From Acidobacteriota bacterium (GTDB lineage: Bacteria; Acidobacteriota; CAIWXX01), in NCBI GenBank assembly GCA_040755995.1, contig JBFMAF010000006.1, positions 1 through 58,111 of the forward strand: DNA of 58,111 bases, given 5' to 3'. This document shows, in pieces, positions 30,395 to 38,630 of this stretch; positions within the stretch are counted from its first letter, which is position 1; the number at the start of each line of letters is the position of its first letter. A program made the position numbers and the translations under genes. The notes beneath the pieces are model-generated. The model was not told the origin of the DNA and did no database searches. It saw nothing but the letters and a program-made list of their open reading frames with translations.

Positions 30395-32413
30395 CTACCA
30401 TCTCACCGAGTAGTCTTCCTGCAGCACCACGCGTCGCTCTGAGTCGTGCTCGTAGCTGTATGCGATGGAGATCTTCTGCCGGGCCTTCGGGGCGAGATCC
30501 ATGTCCCACCGCAGAAGCCCTTTCGGCTCTCTGGCGGCAGGCGCCGGGTCGACGGATGTTTCCTTGAGCTTCACCTCGTTGTCGAACGTGAACGGAACGC
30601 GGTCGAAGAGGGAAATCGTTACCGGGCGGTTCTTGTTGTTGACGACAATCACGTCGACGCTCACGTCGTAGTGGTACTTCGATCCGAACATCCCCTTGGT
30701 GTCTCGCTTCTTCTGGACGTCACGCGTGACAAAGATCTCCTCGTCGGCGCCAAGCCCGAGGGTGTACTGCTCGGTGGGCGCGCAGGTCGACATGAATGCC
30801 TCGCCGACGAAGTCGGAGGCCATGAAGACCGAGACGGGTCCGGCGAGGAACGGGGAAGAGGTCGTGTTCCGGAGCGAGGTCTTGAGGAATGCGGTGCGCG
30901 ACTTCTCCGGAGCGACCTCGTAGGTGAACCCAGCGGGGAATTCCCATTTCCCGAGAACGACCTTCGTCAGGGCACCGTCAGAAGGGACGTCTTCGACGCG
31001 GCGAGCCGAGTAGCGATAGTCGTATCCGCCGGAGGACCTCACGGGCGGGACGAGGTTGCGCCCGAGGCGCTCGGCGTCTTTCAGCCTCTGCGCAACCGCG
31101 AGGTTGCTCTGCACTTCATCGGCGAGCCTGCCGAAGGCGCGCTGGACGTTGTCGTCCTGCTTGCTCAGCTCCCATTGCAGCGATTGATTCAGCGTCTGGA
31201 ACTGGTTGACATCGCCCCTTTCCTTGGCGGCCTGCTGCGCCTTGTAGAGCTGCTCGATCTGGCTGACCTCGGTTTGGACTCGCCGGGATTGGGCGCTCAT
31301 CTCGGCTTTCTTCATCGCCTCCATGGGAGGCGGCGGAGCAAGGGCCGGCTCGGCCGCCGGAACGCCGCCGAGTACACCCCCGACGACGCCACCCTCCACG
31401 CCAGCTTCCACGAGCTGGACCTCCTGCATCGGCTGCATTGCCGGCATCTGGGACACCTTCGGCGGCCGGCCTGGCTTGGCTACGGCCATTTGCGGTTGCT
31501 CCTCCGCGGCCCCGATTCGCCACGACATCAGCTTCGGCAGATCTGCTGCTCGGGACGGCTCGGCGGCGCTGAACTCGATCACCACGCCGCGCCAGTCCTC
31601 GCCGGTCTCCTGCTTGACCAGCGCGTACTCGACGAGCTCGATCGAGCCCTTCGCCAGGTCCGCGCGCACATCGTATCTCGGGAACCAGCTGGGACCCGGC
31701 ACGATGTACGAGATCTCGACGTCCGACTCCATCTTCGCCGGGCACTCCATCTCGAGCACCACGCGCTTCGTCGTGAGCGTCTTGTAAGAGGAAAGCATCT
31801 TGACGCGCGAGCTGGCAACGACGATCTCGGCGTTCAGCTCGTCGATCTCGTCGGCCAGCTTCCGCTCGCGGTCCGCGATCGCCCTGCGTCGCGAGGAGAT
31901 GAAGTCGAGGAGCTTCGTCCAGGCATCGAGGGCGAAGGGAAGCGGTTCGAGGCGTGGGGGAGCGCCGGCCGGCCGCCTGCCGGTCGTGAGATTGCCGAGG
32001 AACTGCTCCTCCTTGACGACACTCTCACGCGTCTCCGCGCGCTCTTTGAGCTTTGACTGCAGCGCCGCCAGCCGATCGACCGCCTCCTGGGCCTCCTCTT
32101 TTCGAAACGTCGTCTTGTAGAGCGGCTCGACCTCGATCGTCGCCACTTTGAGTGCGGAACCCGGCGGCAGTGCGGCTCGCACCGAGGAGTCGATGAGGTT
32201 GCCCGGCAGGTCTTCGAACGCGACCAGCGCCCGGCCCGGGGCCATCGGCACGTCCCTGGCCGTGCGCGTGACCAGCGCCCGATCGGAATAGAGCAGCACC
32301 CGTGCCACACCGCTCTCGAGGAGCGGCACGTACCCTTTGGGCGTCGCCACATCTTCCTGCGCGCCCGCCAGCTGCGGCATCATCGCAATCCACAATAAGA
32401 CAAGTTTCCTCAT
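30395..32413 (-). CDS. DUF4140-DUF4139 (MuiA-like) exported protein with internal insertion
   Basis: LYSDRALVTR, WFPRYD, QETGEDW, VPSDG, GLLRWDM; signal peptide. Confidence 0.88.
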   Translation of the reverse strand: MRKLVLLWIAMMPQLAGAQEDVATPKGYVPLLESGVARVLLYSDRALVTRTARDVPMAPGRALVAFEDLPGNLIDSSVRAALPPGSALKVATIEVEPLYKTTFRKEEAQEAVDRLAALQSKLKERAETRESVVKEEQFLGNLTTGRRPAGAPPRLEPLPFALDAWTKLLDFISSRRRAIADRERKLADEIDELNAEIVVASSRVKMLSSYKTLTTKRVVLEMECPAKMESDVEISYIVPGPSWFPRYDVRADLAKGSIELVEYALVKQETGEDWRGVVIEFSAAEPSRAADLPKLMSWRIGAAEEQPQMAVAKPGRPPKVSQMPAMQPMQEVQLVEAGVEGGVVGGVLGGVPAAEPALAPPPPMEAMKKAEMSAQSRRVQTEVSQIEQLYKAQQAAKERGDVNQFQTLNQSLQWELSKQDDNVQRAFGRLADEVQSNLAVAQRLKDAERLGRNLVPPVRSSGGYDYRYSARRVEDVPSDGALTKVVLGKWEFPAGFTYEVAPEKSRTAFLKTSLRNTTSSPFLAGPVSVFMASDFVGEAFMSTCAPTEQYTLGLGADEEIFVTRDVQKKRDTKGMFGSKYHYDVSVDVIVVNNKNRPVTISLFDRVPFTFDNEVKLKETSVDPAPAAREPKGLLRWDMDLAPKARQKISIAYSYEHDSERRVVLQEDYSVRW

Positions 32414-32475
32414 CGCTTTCTCCTCGCACATCCTTCTATAGACTCATGGGGATTGAGTCAAGCCTGCGCCTCGCT

Positions 32476-32560
32476 AAATGCAAAGGGCATATTGCAGAAC
32501 GCAACCTGCAAGATGAAAGATTCGAATGCTTCTTCATCTTGCACTTTGCGTTTTGCATTT
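32476..32560. repeat. Heptamer-based long hairpin in the divergent promoter region
   Basis: TGCAAGATGAA (32507-17) pairs with TTCATCTTGCA (32533-43); TGCAGAACGCAA pairs with TTGCGTTTTGCA; 7-nt TGCA/GCA periodicity. Confidence 0.7.
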
Positions 32561-32608
32561 TTCAGCGTCCGGGGTATCCTAATCGCGCAAGGATCCCCAG
32601 GAGTCAGC

Positions 32609-34495
32609 GTGGCAGAAGTACGGGCGCAACCGTTGAAGGCGGCAGACGTCGAGAAGCGACTGCAGACGGTTCTCCAGTCCACTCTGAGCGACCAGGAGCT
32701 GCGAGCCGAGCTCGAGGAGCTGGCGAAACAGCCGGCCTTCTACGGGTTCACTTGGCTGTGGGGACCGGATCTCTACCGTCGAAATCGAGTGATGTTCCGC
32801 CCGTTCATCCTGGCTCACTTCGGCACGTGGCTCGTCGAACCCAAGCGGGTGCCGGTGCCTGTCAAGTGGGATGGAGAGAAGGGCAGGCGTCTTGATGAAT
32901 GGCTCACGGAGGTCGACCAACGGGATGATGTGGAGCTCTTCCGGAGGCTCTACCAGTGGAAGATCGAAAGACCCGGAACATGGAGATTGGACAGGGCGCG
33001 AATCCAGTTGGACCTCTTGAAGAGATTCAAGGAGGCGCCGAGCGGCGCCGGTGTGCGGACTGTTCTCGCGAAGTTCGATCTCTGGTTCGAGCTGGACGAA
33101 ACCGCGGCGATGGAGCTGTACGGCGGCGACCCGGCCGCCGCGAAGCCGTTCATCTTGAAGCACCTCCCGAGCGCATGGCTCGGCGGGGACAAGCGAGCTC
33201 TCTGGGAAGGGCTGGCCTCGCTTGCTCTGAAGGGCGGCGACGAGGACCTTCACCTCGCGCTCTACCGGCGGCAGGCGCCGCTCAAGCGAATCGAGCAGGA
33301 CATGCTCGCGCTCTGCGATTCCATCCAGGACCCGCAGGAGCTGGTCCAGGAGCTTCGGAAGCGGCACCCGGAGGGATACGGCTTCGACCTCGGCGCCCTG
33401 TTCTTCAAGCTGGTGCAGAAGCGCGGGCGCGATGTACTTCCGTACATCCTCAAGAACCTGCGCCAGGTGCACGCGCGTTTCCTGCTGCGCGGCGGATACG
33501 ACAGGCTGCTCGACCTGGCTCGCGAGAAGGAGTGGCCGGATCTCTGGTCCTTCTTGGTTCGCATCTGCGCCAATCAGAAGGACTACAATCGTGAGATCGA
33601 CAGGCTCCTCGAGAGCCGCCTCGACGACTCCGATGTGCAGCGCCGCCTGCTGATGCTGGCGGGCGTGTCGCGCGAATGGAATCTCGGCGGATTCGGGCTG
33701 GCTCAGGTCCAGCAGCTCGAGGAATCGACTGCACTTAGGTTCTACGAGCGCTTCCCGGATCTGGTGCGCGGCCCGTTCAAGCTGCACCTCTCCTCCTCGG
33801 CCTGGGCCAGGCCGCAATTGAGGCTGATCGGCCGGCTCATCCAGGATGGGGATGAGACGCTCATCGACTTTCTCGCCAGCCGCGCTGCCACGCGAATTGC
33901 CGGCTGGTTCAGTTCGTTGAAAGAGGAACAGACCGAAGCTATCGAGAAACTCGCGCTCTATTACGAAAAGCTCCGTGACGACCCTGCACAGTTCTCGCGG
34001 CGCGCGTCTGCGGTGCTCGGACAGATCCCCGCCTATTCTATCTACCGGTACGGAGAGCTGATCCGCCAGAACCGCCTCGCACGGCTCCTGTTCGAGCGAT
34101 CCAGCTCGTCATTCCTGGCGGACCCGGCCGCGCTGCAGGACCTGATCGAAGCCCCCGAGATCCACGTACAGGCGATGGCCTACCGCGCGCTAGGGCTCGA
34201 CGACGACCGCGCCCGCGCGATCGCGTCGGCCAATATCGAGATCCTGCTGGCAACGCTCTTGCGCCCGATCCACCGCAAGACGCGCGCGCTGGCCTTCGGC
34301 GCCCTGGCCAACGCCGCGTCGACCTCGGACGACGCACAGCGAGTTCTCTCGCGCGCCCGCGAAGCACTGGCGCTTCCGGACATCAGGTACCCGAAGGAGC
34401 AGCTCGTCGGGTTGATCGGCAAGATCCTGTGGAAATGGCCTGAGCTTCGAGGCGAGGCCGAGCGGCCCGTCGTCTACGGCGAGGTGCGCGCATGA
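32609..34495 (+). CDS. Retron-associated all-alpha (ARM/HEAT-like) protein
   Basis: Leu/Arg/Glu-rich helical ORF; AGGAG before GTG 32609; ATGA overlap with the SWIM gene; fold assigned mainly from context. Confidence 0.7.
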   Translation: MAEVRAQPLKAADVEKRLQTVLQSTLSDQELRAELEELAKQPAFYGFTWLWGPDLYRRNRVMFRPFILAHFGTWLVEPKRVPVPVKWDGEKGRRLDEWLTEVDQRDDVELFRRLYQWKIERPGTWRLDRARIQLDLLKRFKEAPSGAGVRTVLAKFDLWFELDETAAMELYGGDPAAAKPFILKHLPSAWLGGDKRALWEGLASLALKGGDEDLHLALYRRQAPLKRIEQDMLALCDSIQDPQELVQELRKRHPEGYGFDLGALFFKLVQKRGRDVLPYILKNLRQVHARFLLRGGYDRLLDLAREKEWPDLWSFLVRICANQKDYNREIDRLLESRLDDSDVQRRLLMLAGVSREWNLGGFGLAQVQQLEESTALRFYERFPDLVRGPFKLHLSSSAWARPQLRLIGRLIQDGDETLIDFLASRAATRIAGWFSSLKEEQTEAIEKLALYYEKLRDDPAQFSRRASAVLGQIPAYSIYRYGELIRQNRLARLLFERSSSSFLADPAALQDLIEAPEIHVQAMAYRALGLDDDRARAIASANIEILLATLLRPIHRKTRALAFGALANAASTSDDAQRVLSRAREALALPDIRYPKEQLVGLIGKILWKWPELRGEAERPVVYGEVRA

Positions 34496-36006
34496 TCCCC
34501 GTTTTCATGGACTACGCGACACCGAGCGTCTTCGAGTCCGACCGCGAACGCGTCTTGCTGGGTATGTCGGCGAACGCTCGCCGGCCGGTGCGATTCCACG
34601 GTCGGATCAAGCGTGACACGTTTCTGCTCCGCGTTGCGCTCCGCGCGATGGGCGAGACGATCTGGTCGAACGATATGTGGCTGAGCGATGAGGCCATCCT
34701 CGACCCGGTAATCACAGTCCATCCGGACCGGATCTTCTTCGAGGCGTTCAGCCAGGATCAGAGCGTGTACGCGATGGTGATTCTGAGCCCGGAGATGTTC
34801 GAGGCCGAGGGCGAGGTGCGCACGGGCACGACGAACGTGGATTTCAGCGCGTGGCTCTGGGGCGCGCTGGGCGAGCTCCGCACGAGCCGCGAGACCTGGC
34901 TCAGGGTGGACCCGGGCGGCTTCGAGGTTCGGACGGTGAAGGCGGGTGGGCGCTTCGAGCAGAAGGTGGAGCTGCCGGTGGCCTGGGTGCGCGGATTCCT
35001 CAACTTGCAGGCCGCCATGGCGATGCCGGGGACGCGCCTGACAGTGCGCCCCGTCGATCTGCTGGCCGCCGTGCGGTACCTGCGCTATACGAAGGCGAAG
35101 CTCTCGCCGCGGGCGCTACGCTACCAGTTCGAGCCGGGATCGGATGCACAGCTGGTTCTCGAGCCATGGGAGTACGTCGTCCCGTTGCGCGGCGCCGATC
35201 ACAACTACGAGGAGAGCCACACGATTCGAACCTGGGGACGCCGGAGGCTGCGACTGATCGAACCGCTTCTGCCGTTCGCGCAGCGGGTGGACATCTACCT
35301 CAAGGGTAGGGCGCTGCCGAGTTTCTACGCGGTGAAGATGAAGGACATAACATTCGTGCTGGGTCTTTCGGGCTGGACTGAGAATCGCTGGACGGAGAGC
35401 GGTGGATTGGGGCTCCTCTCGTGGCACGCGCCGCTTGACGCGTCGCTGCTCGCCCGCGGCCACCAGGCGCTGCACCTGCGTTACACCACGAGTGTCACCG
35501 AGATGGCCGATGCACTCGATGAGACTCGCGACACGGCCTCGCACGTTCTGGTCGCGCTCTGCCGGCAGGGGCGGGCGGTTTACGATGTCGAGAACCGCGC
35601 CTACAGGCACAGGGAGCTGTTCGAGCGGCCCGTAGACGAGAAGACAGTGTACCCGTCTGACGCACGTGCCGAGAATGCGCGTGGACTGCTGGAGAAGGGG
35701 AAGGCCCGGGTCGTCGGGTGCACCCCGCGGGAGACGCACAAGACCCGGCGCATGAAGACCCCGGACGGAAAGATCACGCGCGAGATCGTCTACCGCGACT
35801 GGCAGGTGGCTGGCTCCGCAGGCAGCTGCGACGCGGTCGAGGTAGTGGTGAACGACACAGGGCGCATCATTTTCGGCACATGCACCTGCGAGTTCTTCAA
35901 GGAAAACGTGTTGAACCTCGGACCCTGCGAGCATATGCTGGCGCTGCTCGCGGCGAGCGAGCCGATGCGCAGGGACATGGCCACCTCTCGCGCGGTGGAG
36001 ATATGA
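34492..36006 (+). CDS. Retron-associated SWIM zinc-finger protein
   Basis: C-terminal CTC-x12-CEH; LDPVITVHPD..FEAFSQD..Y, GTTNVDFS, WVRGF, FVLGLSGWT motifs. Confidence 0.85.
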   Translation: MIPVFMDYATPSVFESDRERVLLGMSANARRPVRFHGRIKRDTFLLRVALRAMGETIWSNDMWLSDEAILDPVITVHPDRIFFEAFSQDQSVYAMVILSPEMFEAEGEVRTGTTNVDFSAWLWGALGELRTSRETWLRVDPGGFEVRTVKAGGRFEQKVELPVAWVRGFLNLQAAMAMPGTRLTVRPVDLLAAVRYLRYTKAKLSPRALRYQFEPGSDAQLVLEPWEYVVPLRGADHNYEESHTIRTWGRRRLRLIEPLLPFAQRVDIYLKGRALPSFYAVKMKDITFVLGLSGWTENRWTESGGLGLLSWHAPLDASLLARGHQALHLRYTTSVTEMADALDETRDTASHVLVALCRQGRAVYDVENRAYRHRELFERPVDEKTVYPSDARAENARGLLEKGKARVVGCTPRETHKTRRMKTPDGKITREIVYRDWQVAGSAGSCDAVEVVVNDTGRIIFGTCTCEFFKENVLNLGPCEHMLALLAASEPMRRDMATSRAVEI

Positions 36007-36009
36007 GTA

Positions 36010-36066
36010 AGTTGTCAGTTGTCACTTGTCAGTTGGCAGAAAGACCAACAATGCAACTGACAACTG
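36010..36066. repeat. Heptamer (GTTGTCA)n hairpin just after the SWIM gene
   Basis: gttgtca gttgtca cttgtca gttggca; AGTTGTCAGTTG (36010-21) pairs with CAACTGACAACT (36055-66). Confidence 0.75.
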
Positions 36067-36070
36067 TTCC

Positions 36071-36219
36071 AGGGGCCGGCGGCACGCAACCAGCCTTTTG
36101 TGCCACGGTGTTTCGCCGTGGCGGCGCTTTGAGTGCTTTACATCGCCACGGCTCCCAGCGTACTCAACGCCGGGAGGCCACGAGTCCAGAGCTTCGCAAG
36201 TGGTTCGCCGCCGGCCCCT
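36071..36219 (+). ncRNA. Structured RNA module A, candidate retron msr-msd
   Basis: Perfect 13-bp IR AGGGGCCGGCGGC/GCCGCCGGCCCCT, extended by AACCA/TGGTT, then unpaired G36093; internal hairpins at 36102-36122 and 36150-36179. Confidence 0.6.
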
Positions 36220-36350
36220 TTCCTTCTGATGTGGAGCAGAATGACTGACAGGCTGCACTGTGATTTCCTCGGGCCTGGCGCGTTCCGCGGCCGACGCGGA
36301 GACGCGGTGAACTACCGCCATCATCCATGAGGTAGAGGAGCACGGAGGGC
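36220..36350 (+). ncRNA. Structured RNA module B, candidate myxobacterial-type msr-msd
   Basis: Hairpin CGCGT-TCCGCG/CGCGGA-g-ACGCG (36279-36306); GCGGTGAACTACCGC..AGGTAGA recalls the msd end of Mx162-type retrons (from memory). Confidence 0.55.
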
Positions 36351-36354
36351 GCAG

Positions 36355-37635
36355 ATGGGATTCCTTGACTGGCTGAAGCGACTGCTGGGGATCGGCCCGC
36401 CGAAACGCGACATCTCTCGCCTCGCGGGCGTGCCGGAGGCGCAGGTCGAGGCCGTCGAGGAAGAGATCGACCTCAGCGGCGGACCGCTCAAGTCGGGGCA
36501 CCTCCGAAGAGCTCTGCGCGACAGGCGGCTTCTTCCGAAGAAGCGAGGAATCGCGAGGATCACCGGCCTTGAGAAGCGGCCGAGGTACATGGAGGCCGAG
36601 GAAGCCGGGAGGCTGTTCTCGGGGACCATGCGCACCTGCGACAGGAAGATCCGCGATCTGCTTGCGGACGAAGCGCAGCTTGAGCGCTATGGCCTGCCGG
36701 CGTGGCGTGACGAGCACGAGCTGGCGGCGGCCCTGGAGATCTCAATTGGCGAGCTGCGGTTCTTCTCGATCCATCGTGAAATGGAGAGAGCCGCCCACTA
36801 CGTGACGTTTGCGATTCCGAAGCGGGGCGGCGGCCGACGCCTGATCATGGCGCCGAAACGGCGTCTGAAGGAGATCCAGCGGAAGCTGCATCAAAGGCTC
36901 GTGAGCAGGCTTCCGGTGAGCGATCACGCGCACGGGTTCCGATGCGGGCGATCGATTCGCAGCGGCGCGGCGCCGCATCTCGGGCGCCGTGTCGTCCTCC
37001 ACATGGACATCAAGGATTTCTTCCCGTCGATTCATTTCGGACGCGTCCGCGGGATGCTCGTCGCGATGGGGTATGGCTATCCGGTGGCGACGACGCTGGC
37101 GGTTCTGATGACCGAGGCGCCGCGTCAGCCTACGGACGTCGACGGCACGATCTACCATGTACCCGTCGGCTCGCGATACTGCGTGCAGGGCGCGCCGACG
37201 AGCCCCGGCCTGAGCAATGCGCTCTTGCAGCGGATGGACCGCCGCCTGGCAGGCGCGGCTCGATCGGTGCGGTTCGCATACACTCGCTACGCCGACGATC
37301 TCAGCTTCTCCGGCGATGACATCGAGGCAGCCCACCGACTGCAGCATCTCGCATCGAGGATAATAGAGGAGGAGGGCTTCGCGGTGAATCGGGAAAAAAC
37401 ACGGGTCATGCGCCGCGGGTCCAGGCAGACTGTGACGGGTGTGGTGGTGAACGAGCAGCTCGGCCTCTCGCGCAAGCGCAGGCGGCTCCTGCGCGCGGAG
37501 CTGCATCGCGCAGGCGAGCAGGTCAGGAACGGCAATGCAGACGCGAAGCTGCTCGCACGTCTCCGCGGGAAGCTCGCCTACGTCGCGATGCTGAATCAGA
37601 AGCAGGCTGCGACTCTGCGGCGAAGCTTCCTCTGA
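36355..37635 (+). CDS. Retron reverse transcriptase, Mx65-like (type XIII)
   Basis: IPKRGGG.R, AHGF, GAAPH (NAxxH region X variant), DIKDFFPSI, QGAPTSP, YADD (37288-99), VTG region Y (37432-40); N-terminal extension resembles M. xanthus Mx65 RT as recalled. Confidence 0.93.
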   Translation: MGFLDWLKRLLGIGPPKRDISRLAGVPEAQVEAVEEEIDLSGGPLKSGHLRRALRDRRLLPKKRGIARITGLEKRPRYMEAEEAGRLFSGTMRTCDRKIRDLLADEAQLERYGLPAWRDEHELAAALEISIGELRFFSIHREMERAAHYVTFAIPKRGGGRRLIMAPKRRLKEIQRKLHQRLVSRLPVSDHAHGFRCGRSIRSGAAPHLGRRVVLHMDIKDFFPSIHFGRVRGMLVAMGYGYPVATTLAVLMTEAPRQPTDVDGTIYHVPVGSRYCVQGAPTSPGLSNALLQRMDRRLAGAARSVRFAYTRYADDLSFSGDDIEAAHRLQHLASRIIEEEGFAVNREKTRVMRRGSRQTVTGVVVNEQLGLSRKRRRLLRAELHRAGEQVRNGNADAKLLARLRGKLAYVAMLNQKQAATLRRSFL

Positions 37636-37825
37636 TCTGATCCCCTCGGCGGATGACACCCTGATTCCGCGGCATCGCCTGGCTCTCGTTGGCTCGGCAG
37701 CGCTGCCAGCCGCGCGATTGGTGGTCCGGCCATCGTAGTCGCTATAATGGTCGTTCTCGTAATCGACAACGAACGCGATTTCGGCCACGATTCTTCATGC
37801 CCGGGCCAGGGGGTTTCGCTTTCGC

Positions 37826-37862
37826 TTGTCTTACAGTACGCGTGCTGATATATTAGATATCA
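37826..37862 (+). promoter_or_regulatory. Promoter and candidate GntR operator for the hypD operon
   Basis: TTGTCT-17 nt-TATATT; palindrome TGATAT-N5-ATATCA (37846-62) overlaps the -10. Confidence 0.55.
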
Positions 37863-37878
37863 CAATCGGAAGCTTGTG

Positions 37879-38619
37879 ATGCCAAAGGGGGCTGCGAGTG
37901 CGAAACTGGCCAGTGTGACTACCGGTCCTGTCGAGCGCTTGAGGCGCAGTATCGCCCAACAGCGGCCGCTTCGGCAGCAGGTATACGAATTCCTGAAGCG
38001 CGAAATGAACGTTGGGCGTCTTTCTCCGGGCTCGCACGTCGACCTGAACGAGCTGGCGAGCGGCCTGGGGATCAGCCGCACGCCTTTGCGCGAGGCCCTT
38101 CTGCAGCTCGATTCCGAGGGATTCGTGAGGATCCTCCCGCGTCGCGGCGTCATCGTGAGCTGGCTGACGCTTGACGAGATCCGGCACGTCTACGAGATCG
38201 TAGGCGCGCTCGAGAGTGCAGCGGTAATGGCAGCGGGGGAGCGGCTGAAGCCGGAGCACATCGGGTCACTGCGGGAGCTCAACGAGCGCATGCGTGACGC
38301 GATCGGCCGGGACGATTTCGCGCTCTACTACGACCACAACCTTCGATTTCACGATGTCTTCCTCGATATGTGTGACAACGGCCGTCTGGTGCGCTATGTA
38401 CGCCTCTTGAAGGAGCGGCTCTACGACTTCCCGCGCAGGAAGGGCTTCGTGAAGGAATGGGAGGTAGCCTCGATCGGCGAACATGTGGCGTTCGTGGACT
38501 TGATCGAGCGTGGCGACGTGCGCGGCGGGGCCGACTTCCTGCGCGACGTGCATTGGTCGTTCAAGGTGCAGGAGCAGTTCATCATGCGGTACTACTTCGA
38601 CGGGCGCGGGGCAGTGTGA
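37879..38619 (+). CDS. GntR/FCD family transcriptional regulator
   Basis: LASGLGISRTPLREALLQLDSEG wHTH; FH...N and EH motifs in the FCD domain. Confidence 0.92.
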   Translation: MPKGAASAKLASVTTGPVERLRRSIAQQRPLRQQVYEFLKREMNVGRLSPGSHVDLNELASGLGISRTPLREALLQLDSEGFVRILPRRGVIVSWLTLDEIRHVYEIVGALESAAVMAAGERLKPEHIGSLRELNERMRDAIGRDDFALYYDHNLRFHDVFLDMCDNGRLVRYVRLLKERLYDFPRRKGFVKEWEVASIGEHVAFVDLIERGDVRGGADFLRDVHWSFKVQEQFIMRYYFDGRGAV

Positions 38620-38630
38620 GGGACCACGAG

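Noticed and set aside
32453..32608. N-terminal 52 aa of the ARM-like ORF
   Set aside because: Translates the repeat hairpin; an RBS supports GTG 32609
36010..36066. Possible CRISPR array or retron a1/a2 arms
   Set aside because: 7-nt units without spacers, no cas genes, a related unit at 55681; the enclosed loop is too short for msr-msd
36355..37635. RT as group II intron, DGR or CRISPR-associated RT
   Set aside because: No maturase/endonuclease domain, TR/VR pair, avd or cas1; region X/Y (AxxH, VTG) motifs indicate a retron
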